UHGV virus genome: UHGV-0141986
Source: a virus
Length of the DNA: 11,633 nucleotides
Reading direction: 5' to 3' (one strand)
Shown here: piece by piece, positions 1 through 6,172 of the stretch
Layout of the letters: each line of letters starts with the position of its first letter
How positions within the stretch are numbered: position 1 is the stretch's first letter
Notes under the pieces: generated by a model
What the model was told of the DNA's origin: nothing
What the model saw: the letters and a program-made list of their open reading frames with translations, nothing else
Database searches by the model: none
Made by a program: the position numbers and the translations under genes

Positions 1-605
1 GTTAATCTTAATGTAAGGCTCAGGCCAGTTTGGGTTTAATGCTTTGAGATAACGCTGTGTTCCATCTTCTATCAATCGCTTGAAGGTGGTTTCGCCTGTA
101 TCGTGCATCAATGCAATAACGTCGTCACCGTGGCAGGCAGGGACTTCGGGATCAACAAAAATCATGTCTCCAGGGCGGTACTCATCAATCATTGAATCAC
201 CAATCACCCGCAAGATATAAGTCATTTCGCCACAGGGTACAGGGCAGGGATAAGTTTCTGCTGTGCTCAAATCAACCTCAGAATAGCCAACTTCTTTCCA
301 TGCTCCGGCCTGTACCCATGATATGACAGGGACTAACGTTATTTGTTTGTTAGTGATTGAAACATCAGGTTTTTTTGTGATGTTCGTTGTCTGGTGTTCT
401 TGATCAAGCCATCCGACAGGCAGGTCGAAACATTTTTCGATGTGCCGTGCCATGCTGTCACCGATATTTTAGTAGCGCCATCCCCCATAAACCTGCTGGT
501 TTGGGTTGGCTCGCGATCAATCATGGTGGCAAAGGATGAATTTCCGCCAACACCATCTCTCAGTTTTCTGGCGTTAGACCGCCGGATGTCATGGATTGTT
601 TTCAT
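1..605 (-). pseudogene. cI-type prophage repressor (N-terminal HTH plus S24/LexA-like autopeptidase domain); C-terminus runs off the window start; apparent 1-nt frameshift near 466-471
   Basis: Minus-strand translation from 453 down to 1 gives MARHIEKCFDLPVGWLDQEH...VPVISWVQAGAW...ILRVIGDSMIDEYRPGDMIFVDPEVPACHGDDVIALMHDTGETTFKRLIEDGTQRYLKALNPNWPEPYIKIN, with the GDSM serine and TFKRL lysine motifs typical of S24 peptidases. The HTH part (MKTIHDIRRSNARKL...SFATMIDREPTQTSRFMGDG, track ORF 339..605) is in a different frame. The two frames can only be joined by a 1-nt indel around the T4 run at 467-470. Confidence 0.6.
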
Positions 606-695
606 AACGAAATTAAAACCTTTGTACCGATAAGGTGCAAGTATCTTGAAGGTTCATTTCAATCATGTAATATGTATACCGGAGGTACATATTGT
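606..695. promoter_or_regulatory. Divergent immunity-region promoter/operator: candidate rightward promoter (-35 TTGAAG 646-651, -10 TAATAT 668-673), candidate leftward leaderless promoter (-35 at 640-635, -10 at 617-612), dyad operators
   Basis: Intergenic region between divergent repressor and Cro-like genes. Inverted repeats ACCTT(618-622)-N9-AAGGT(632-636) and TTGAA(646-650)-N7-TTCAA(658-662); third AAGGT half-site at 649-653. Hexamers read by eye, not scored. Confidence 0.4.
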
Positions 696-896
696 ATGAA
701 AGCGTATTGGGACTCTTTAACCAAAGAACAGCAGGGCGAGTTGGCCGGAAAAGTTGGCTCAACACCTGGCTACTTACGGCTGGTTTTCAATGGTTATAAA
801 AAAGCCAGTTTTGTGCTGGCGAAAAAACTTGAGCAATGCACGTCAGGTGCAATTACGAAATCTGACTTAAGACCGGATATCTATCCGAAAGATTAA
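696..896 (+). CDS. Cro-like HTH transcriptional regulator (YdaS-type Cro/CI family)
   Basis: 66 aa: MKAYWDSLTKEQQGELAGKVGSTPGYLRLVFNGYKKASFVLAKKLEQCTSGAITKSDLRPDIYPKD. GGAGG at 681-685 precedes ATG 696. Track ORF 591..896 has an implausible N-terminal extension into the operator region. Confidence 0.85.
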   Translation: MKAYWDSLTKEQQGELAGKVGSTPGYLRLVFNGYKKASFVLAKKLEQCTSGAITKSDLRPDIYPKD

Positions 897-927
897 CAGA
901 ACACCTTCAATTTTTAACCACAGAACG

Positions 928-1491
928 ATGAGGCTAACCGTGGGTAAGTATCACTGGAAAGTAGAAAAACAGCCTGAGTGGTACGTGAAAGCTGTCAGAA
1001 AAACTATCGCAGCGTTGCCGGGTGGTTACGCTGAAGCAGCTGACTGGCTGGATGTAACAGAGAACGCATTATTTAACCGCCTTCGTGCCGATGGCGATCA
1101 GATTTTCCCGCTGGGATGGGCAATGGTTTTACAGCGCGCGGCTGGCACTCACTACATTGCGGATGCTGTCGCACAGTCTGCTGGTGGGGTGTTCGTATCG
1201 CTTCCTGAAATTGAGGAAGTAGAGAACGCCGATATAAACCAGCGCCTGCTGGAAGTCATCGAACAGATCGGGAATTACTCAAAGCAGATTCGTTCGGCAA
1301 TCGAAGATGGGGTCGTGGAGCCACACGAGCAGACAGCAATTAATGATGAGTTGTATCTGTCAATTTCGAAGCTCCAGGAGCATGCAGCACTGGTCTACAA
1401 AATCTTTTGCGCCCCAGAAAAGAGTGACGCCCGCGAGTGTGCAGCTCCGGGCGTCGTGGCGTTTTGTGTCTGTGGAGAAACTAACGCATGA
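928..1491 (+). CDS. CII-like phage regulatory protein (CP76 / YdaT-like family); true start may be the in-frame GTG at 940
   Basis: 187-aa ORF directly after the cro-like gene. The segment NALFNRLRADGDQIFPLGWAMVL...YIADAVAQ resembles the HTH region of CII(CP76)-type regulators as I recall them. GAGG at 930-933 sits 6 nt before GTG 940. Confidence 0.65.
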   Translation: MRLTVGKYHWKVEKQPEWYVKAVRKTIAALPGGYAEAADWLDVTENALFNRLRADGDQIFPLGWAMVLQRAAGTHYIADAVAQSAGGVFVSLPEIEEVENADINQRLLEVIEQIGNYSKQIRSAIEDGVVEPHEQTAINDELYLSISKLQEHAALVYKIFCAPEKSDARECAAPGVVAFCVCGETNA

Positions 1492-1636
1492 ACAGTTTAA
1501 CGGCAAATAACCGTTTGTCGCAACAGCTGGTGGTCAGTGTCGCTGAACACCTGTTGTTACGGCATGAATGCAGATTACCAAATCACCTGGCTGTAAGTAA
1601 CCACAGAGAACTTTACCTGACTGTGGGGGGCGAGTT

Positions 1637-1816
1637 GTGCGGGAACTTAACCGCTGGTTTCGTGACGGAAGAGGGCTTTATGTCCATGTTATTCGTTGGG
1701 AACCAGAAACACAGCGCGTTATCTATCTTCGCAAAGACTACCCGCATGAGTGCTTTAGTCCTTTGTGGAAATTCAGGCGTGATTTTGTTGAGTGTGAAGG
1801 ACCACCAGCACATTGA
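1637..1816 (+). CDS. Small conserved prophage protein (DUF4222-like motif, from memory); GTG start, absent from ORF track (59 aa)
   Basis: Frame open from stop at 1598-1600 to TGA 1814-1816. GTG 1637 preceded by GGGGGG (1625-1630). Translation VRELNRWFRDGRGLYVHVIRWEPETQRVIYLRKDYPHECFSPLWKFRRDFVECEGPPAH is more protein-like than the overlapping 202-aa track ORF and resembles the ORF at 2292-2528. Confidence 0.4.
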   Translation: MRELNRWFRDGRGLYVHVIRWEPETQRVIYLRKDYPHECFSPLWKFRRDFVECEGPPAH

Positions 1817-2065
1817 TTCTTCCATTCCGGGACGTTACACTGTTCAGGCACCTTATAAAGCGGGTGCCGGGATTGGCGTCCTGGAAATGTTATCGGCGAT
1901 ATATGACGCGCCAGCGTTTTTTTTATCGTCTGCGTCTGCGCACACCCAAATTATGGTGGGCTGGACGGGGGCACCGAAAGGTGCGCCGGTTTCCGATAAC
2001 GCCGGTTACGCCAACCCCGTTCAGTTCACCACCAGCGAAATTCACTGTTATCGGAGGCTGCCATC

Positions 2066-2299
2066 ATGGCTACTGTCCCAGCCCTCACTCGTCTGAATGA
2101 TGAAGACTTACATAAACTCAGTTATGTAACAACTGCACTACGTGCTCTGCGCAAGGTAACTCTTTCGGATCCGCAGGCGCATCAGGTTCTGGTAGAAACC
2201 CTTCTTAACTTGCAGGCTGAACGTATTCGTCTGGCGGGTAAGGCTAATTTTCATATTCACCGTCTTCTGAATATCAGCGGAGGGCATCGTCATGCTTAA
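2066..2299 (+). CDS. Hypothetical small phage early protein (77 aa)
   Basis: ATG 2066 with GGAGG at 2053-2057; stop overlaps the next start (translational coupling). No family recognised. Confidence 0.6.
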   Translation: MATVPALTRLNDEDLHKLSYVTTALRALRKVTLSDPQAHQVLVETLLNLQAERIRLAGKANFHIHRLLNISGGHRHA

Positions 2300-2528
2300 T
2301 CCGTTGATCCTCAATATTTGCCGTTTGCTTCAGCGTAAAAAAACATCAATTCCTACCGTTGGTCAGTGGTATACCACGCCTGCAGGGCATGTTCTACGTG
2401 TTAGCCTGGTTGACCGTGAATGTCAGAAGGTGGTTTGTGAACCGCTGGGCCGTAATTACCGCGTCAGTATGCCGCTTATAGCCTTTCGCTCCGGAAAAAA
2501 CATGAAGCATCTCGGAGGTGCAGCATGA
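2292..2528 (+). CDS. Hypothetical small phage protein (78 aa), possible paralog of the 1637-1816 product
   Basis: ATG 2292 with GGAGGG at 2279-2284. Segment GQWYTTPAGHVLRVSLVDRECQKVVCEPLGRNYRVSMPLIAF shares a Y..G.V.V...RV...YP.EC..P..F-type pattern with the 1637-1816 product. Stop overlaps the next start (ATGA at 2525). Confidence 0.6.
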   Translation: MLNPLILNICRLLQRKKTSIPTVGQWYTTPAGHVLRVSLVDRECQKVVCEPLGRNYRVSMPLIAFRSGKNMKHLGGAA

Positions 2529-3364
2529 GTATGGAGCTGATGGTTAAAGCGATGAAAATTCGAGTGGGTAATCCATTGCGAAAACTGGTTCTGATCAAGC
2601 TGGCTGATAATGCCAGCGATCAGGGTGAGTGCTGGCCCAGCTACCAGCATATTGCTGACCAGTGCGAGATTAGCAAACGTTCTGTGATGAATCATATTGC
2701 GGCCCTTTGTGAGTCCGGGCTGGTAAAAAAAGTCACCCGGAAAGGTGAAAAAGGTAACTCAAGTAATATCTATCTCCTTCATCTGGATGGTGCAGGAGAT
2801 TCACTAGGGGGTAGTGCAAATAATTCACTATCTGGTGCAGCAAATTCACCAGGTAGTGCAGGAGTTGCACCAGGTAGTGCAGGAGTTGCACCAGGGGGTA
2901 GTGCAGGAGATTCACCCAGAACCAGTCACTCTTTTGAACCAGTCAAAGAATCAGTCAATGAACCAATAGCTGTTGGTGCATCTGCTGATGAGTCTGTGCG
3001 AGTTCGTTCAAACCGACCGGAATACTCTCCGGAGTTTGAGCAGGCATGGCTGGCATATCCCAAACGTGCTGGTGGCAATTCAAAATCAGCAGCCTTCAAA
3101 GCCTGGAAAGCCCGTTTGAACGAGGGGGTAAACCCCGAAACCATGCTGGAAGGTGTGAATCGCTACGCGGGCTGGGTATCTGCGATGGGCAATAGCGGTA
3201 CACAATTTGTGAAACAGGCTGTCACGTTCTTTGGTCCGGATCGTCATTTCGAAGAATCCTGGGAAGTTCCTGCGGTATCTGCAGCCAGACGCGAGGACCC
3301 GTACTTCAAAGCCAGTTACGACAAAGTGGACTACAGCCAGATCCCGGCAGGATTCAGGGGGTGA
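2525..3364 (+). CDS. Phage replication initiation protein (N-terminal winged-HTH replisome-organizer domain, Gly/Ser/Ala-rich linker, C-terminal domain)
   Basis: 279 aa. N-terminus LRKLVLIKLADNASDQGECWPSYQHIADQCEISKRSVMNHIAALCESGLVKKV matches the HTH_36-type domain of phage replication initiators (from memory). GGAGG at 2513-2517. The linker is encoded by the repeat array at 2789-2917. Confidence 0.75.
   Translation: MSMELMVKAMKIRVGNPLRKLVLIKLADNASDQGECWPSYQHIADQCEISKRSVMNHIAALCESGLVKKVTRKGEKGNSSNIYLLHLDGAGDSLGGSANNSLSGAANSPGSAGVAPGSAGVAPGGSAGDSPRTSHSFEPVKESVNEPIAVGASADESVRVRSNRPEYSPEFEQAWLAYPKRAGGNSKSAAFKAWKARLNEGVNPETMLEGVNRYAGWVSAMGNSGTQFVKQAVTFFGPDRHFEESWEVPAVSAARREDPYFKASYDKVDYSQIPAGFRG
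2789..2917. repeat. Array of six iteron-like direct repeats (core GTGCA-N5-TKCAC, 21-24 bp spacing) inside the replication gene; candidate replication origin
   Basis: Core elements start at 2790, 2814, 2835, 2856, 2877 and 2901. Units at 2852-2872 and 2873-2893 are identical 21-mers (GGTAGTGCAGGAGTTGCACCA). Each core has internal dyad symmetry (GTGCA / TGCAC). Confidence 0.6.
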
Positions 3365-3366
3365 TC

Positions 3367-3855
3367 ATGAGTCTGTTAAATGACGTTCAGAAATTCATTG
3401 AAGCCCATCCTGGGTGTACTTCCGGAGACATTGCGGATGCTTTTGCAGGTTACTCACGGCAGCGCGTTCTGCAGTCTGCAAGCAAGTTACGTCAGAGTGG
3501 GCGTGTGGCTCACCGTTGTGAAGGATATACACGCAGACATTTCCCGCGCCTGACTGAGAGAGCGCAGGAGCCGGAACCACAACCAGTTCGTGAAACCAGA
3601 CCTGTGCGCAATTTCTATGTCGGCACTAACGATCCCCGGGTGATTTTGTGCCTGACCCGCCAGGCTGAAGAACTGGAGTCCAGGGGCTTATACCGTCGTG
3701 CTGCAACCGTGTGGATGGCGGCATTCCGTGAAAGCCACTCCCAGCCAGAACGAAACAATTTTCTGGCACGTCGTGAGCGGTGCTTACGGAAAAGCAGCAA
3801 GCGCGCTGTATCGGGTGATGAGTGGTATCTGTCAGGGAATTACGTGGGGGCTTAA
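3367..3855 (+). CDS. PerC-family-like putative transcriptional regulator
   Basis: ATG 3367 preceded by GGGGG (3356-3360). C-terminal segment LTRQAEELESRGLYRRAATVWMAAF resembles the conserved PerC/Pch core (from memory). Stop overlaps the Dam start (TAATG). Confidence 0.6.
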   Translation: MSLLNDVQKFIEAHPGCTSGDIADAFAGYSRQRVLQSASKLRQSGRVAHRCEGYTRRHFPRLTERAQEPEPQPVRETRPVRNFYVGTNDPRVILCLTRQAEELESRGLYRRAATVWMAAFRESHSQPERNNFLARRERCLRKSSKRAVSGDEWYLSGNYVGA

Positions 3856-4478
3856 TGAGTAATAAATATTGCCAGGAGCTGGTGGAGCTGCGGAACAAAC
3901 CAGCCCATGAACTGAAGGAAGTGGGCGATCAGTGGCGCACGCCGGATAACATTTTCTGGGGAATTAACACCCTGTTTGGCCCGTTTGTCCTGGATCTGTT
4001 TACTGACGGTGATAACGCCAAATGTACCGCGTATTACACGGCGGAAGACAACGCGCTGGCGCATGACTGGTCAGAACGTCTTGCGGAGCTTAAAGGTGCT
4101 GCCTTTGGTAATCCCCCATACAGCCGCGCCAGTCAGCATGAGGGGCAATACATCACCGGCATGCGTGATAAAGGCGGGCGCTATGTTTTCCTGATCAAAG
4201 CTGCCACCAGCGAAGTGTGGTGGCCGGAAGATGCAGATCATATTGCTTTTATTCGCGGGCGTATTGGTTTTGAACTGCCTGCCTGGTTTATCCCGAAAGA
4301 TGAGAAGCAGGTGCCGACAGGCGCTTTCTTCGCTGGTGCTATTGCTGTTTTCGACAAGACCTGGAAGGGACCGGCAATCAGCTACATCGGGCGCGATGAA
4401 CTTGAGGCATGTGGTGAGGCGTTTCTGGCGCAGGTTCGCCAGCAGGCGGAAAAACTGGTCAGGGAGATGGCGGCATGA
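3855..4478 (+). CDS. Phage DNA N-6-adenine methyltransferase (Dam, phage-type)
   Basis: MSNKYCQELVELRNKPAHELKEVGDQWRTPDNIFWGINTLFGPFVLDLFTDGDNAKCTAYYTAEDNALAHDWSE...AAFGNPPYS carries the NPPY catalytic motif and the N-terminal WxTP signature. Track start 3822 overlaps the upstream gene; ATG 3855 is preferred. Confidence 0.85.
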   Translation: MSNKYCQELVELRNKPAHELKEVGDQWRTPDNIFWGINTLFGPFVLDLFTDGDNAKCTAYYTAEDNALAHDWSERLAELKGAAFGNPPYSRASQHEGQYITGMRDKGGRYVFLIKAATSEVWWPEDADHIAFIRGRIGFELPAWFIPKDEKQVPTGAFFAGAIAVFDKTWKGPAISYIGRDELEACGEAFLAQVRQQAEKLVREMAA

Positions 4479-4801
4479 CGACTTTAACTCAATGCCAGCA
4501 GCAGGTGCTGGATATGCTGATTTCTTATCAGAAAGAACGTGGCTTCCCGCCAACCAATCAGGAGGTGGCAACCATGCTGGGATACCGTTCAGTGAATGCA
4601 GCGGTGGAGCATCTTCGCGCACTGGAGAAAAAAGGCGTCATCACGATAAAGCGTGGTGTGGCCCGGGGGATCACGCTTCATACCGTGGTGAAGGACGACG
4701 ACAGCGAGGCGGTCGGGATTATCCGCTCACTGCTTGCCGGTGAGGAAAACGCCAGGCTGCGTGCAGCCCACTGGTTACATGAGAGGGGCCTGAAAGTATG
4801 A
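4475..4801 (+). CDS. LexA-like protein with DNA-binding domain only (no S24 peptidase domain)
   Basis: 108 aa. First ~70 aa (MTTLTQCQQQVLDMLISYQKERGFPPTNQEVATMLGYRSVNAAVEHLRALEKKGVITIKRGVARGITLH) align by eye to the E. coli LexA N-terminal winged helix. The 39-aa tail has no Ser/Lys peptidase motifs. ATGA overlap with Dam stop. Confidence 0.8.
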   Translation: MTTLTQCQQQVLDMLISYQKERGFPPTNQEVATMLGYRSVNAAVEHLRALEKKGVITIKRGVARGITLHTVVKDDDSEAVGIIRSLLAGEENARLRAAHWLHERGLKV

Positions 4802-5193
4802 AGCTGATCCTGCCTTTTCCGCCCAGCGTGAACACGTACTGGCGACACCCCAACAAAGGGGCGTTTGCTGGTAAGAGCCTGATAAGCGCGGCGGGGCGAA
4901 AATTCCAGAGCGCGGCGTGTGCAGCAATAGTTGAGCAGTTACGTCGTCTGCCAAAACCAACGTCGGCACCTGCTTCAGTGGAGATCGTGTTGTTTCCTCC
5001 GGATAACCGGATCCGCGATCTGGACAACTATAACAAGGCGCTGTTTGACGCCCTGACCCACGCGGGTGTGTGGGAAGACGACAGTCAGGTGAAAAGAATG
5101 CTGGTGGAGTGGGGACCGGTTATCCCGGAGGGGAAGGTCGAGATCACTATCAGTAAGTACGAAAAAGCGAGTTGCAAATTAGCAACTCGGTAA
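4798..5193 (+). CDS. rusA: Holliday-junction resolvase RusA
   Basis: 131 aa. LPFPPSVNTYWRH...RDLDNYNKALFDALTHAGVWEDDSQV matches the RusA family including the catalytic Asp-rich RDLDN region. ATGA overlap with upstream stop. Confidence 0.9.
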   Translation: MKLILPFPPSVNTYWRHPNKGAFAGKSLISAAGRKFQSAACAAIVEQLRRLPKPTSAPASVEIVLFPPDNRIRDLDNYNKALFDALTHAGVWEDDSQVKRMLVEWGPVIPEGKVEITISKYEKASCKLATR

Positions 5194-5238
5194 CGGAATT
5201 GAGCAACACCCTAAATTTGGGTATTACCTCGTTAAAGA

Positions 5239-5258
5239 TACTGTATTTATGAACAGTG
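5239..5258. promoter_or_regulatory. Candidate LexA (SOS) box TACTGTATTTATGAACAGTG upstream of the KilA-N gene
   Basis: CTGT-N8-ACAG with AT-rich spacer; 16 of 20 positions match consensus TACTGTATATATATACAGTA. It lies about 100 nt upstream of ATG 5356, next to a candidate promoter (-35 TTGATA 5264-5269, -10 TAAGTT 5287-5292). Confidence 0.55.
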
Positions 5259-5355
5259 TATCCTTGATAACTATTAAAAATCGCAGTAAGTTCATCCTGC
5301 ATCAACGAAAAGGGAGTGCAGTCCCGCTCGTGGATAAAAATTTGTGGAGAAACCA

Positions 5356-6171
5356 ATGAATCAGTTGCTTGTAATTGATGGCGTTTCTGTGCGCCAGTAC
5401 TTCGAATCTAACTACTGTCTTAACGACCTTCAGAAAGCTGCTCTTCTTGCCGCTGGTGAGAATCGCTCCTCCCGTTCGCTGGAAGTTCACGAGTTTATGC
5501 GTCGTCCTGAAACGAAGGCTCTTGTGGAATTATTGGAAGAAGAAACTACGGGAGATTCCCGTAGTATTCCTGTCATCACCATTCAGGGGCGCAATGGTGG
5601 GACGTATGTCTGTAAAGAGCTGGTCTATGCATATGCAATGTGGATCAGCCCGGCATTCAGCTTAAAAGTGATACGTACTTTTGATGCGCTTCATAATTCA
5701 TCACCAGAAGAAACCACATCCGACAAAATTAAATCCGGGGTCATTCTGCTTGAATCAGCAGCAAAGACTCTAAATCTGTCAAACTCCTCGAAACTTGGTG
5801 CATACCAGAAATTATCAAAGGTAGCTGGTCTTCCTGAACTTATGCCGATCTATGCCATTGATGCACCTGCTGATGCGCCAGATGGTTCAAGCCGCCCTAC
5901 GCTGTCGCTGAGTGCACTGCTGAAGCAGTATGGTATCCGCCTGACGGCTAATCAGGCATATCACCAGATGGCGAAGCTGGGGATCGTTGAACAACGCGAA
6001 CGATACAGTCGTACCGCGATTAACAACATCAAAAAATTCTGGTCGCTGACCGCGAAAGGCTGCATGTTCGGCAAGAACATCACCAGTCCTGCAAATCCGC
6101 GCGAGACGCAGCCGCATTTCTTCGAATCCCGATTCCCTGAGCTGTTAAAGCTGCTCGATACCGTTCATTGA
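5356..6171 (+). CDS. KilA-N domain protein (antirepressor/Roi-like)
   Basis: GGAG at 5346-5349 precedes ATG 5356. N-terminal domain ...GRNGGTYVCKELVYAYAMWISPAFSLKVIRTF fits the KilA-N signature. Track start GTG 5344 is less likely. Confidence 0.75.
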   Translation: MNQLLVIDGVSVRQYFESNYCLNDLQKAALLAAGENRSSRSLEVHEFMRRPETKALVELLEEETTGDSRSIPVITIQGRNGGTYVCKELVYAYAMWISPAFSLKVIRTFDALHNSSPEETTSDKIKSGVILLESAAKTLNLSNSSKLGAYQKLSKVAGLPELMPIYAIDAPADAPDGSSRPTLSLSALLKQYGIRLTANQAYHQMAKLGIVEQRERYSRTAINNIKKFWSLTAKGCMFGKNITSPANPRETQPHFFESRFPELLKLLDTVH

Positions 6172-6172
6172 G

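Noticed and set aside
1591-1606. Second CTGT-N8-ACAG site (GGCTGTAAGTAACCACAGAG)
   Set aside because: Core arms are present but the flanks and spacer depart from the SOS-box consensus. Likely chance unless a LexA matrix scores it well.
1488-2096. 202-aa plus-strand track ORF
   Set aside because: Low-information translation, no recognisable motif, overlaps the well-supported gene at 2066 and a better small ORF at 1637-1816. Not fully excluded; reported only as uncertain.
2733-2915. Minus-strand ORF with LLHYLVQ repeats
   Set aside because: It is the antisense reading of the iteron array; the repetitive protein is an artefact of the DNA repeats.
4071-4743. Long alternative-frame ORFs (minus 4071..4622, plus 4231..4743)
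   Set aside because: They lie within or antisense to the Dam and LexA-like genes, have Arg/Ser-rich low-complexity translations and no SD.
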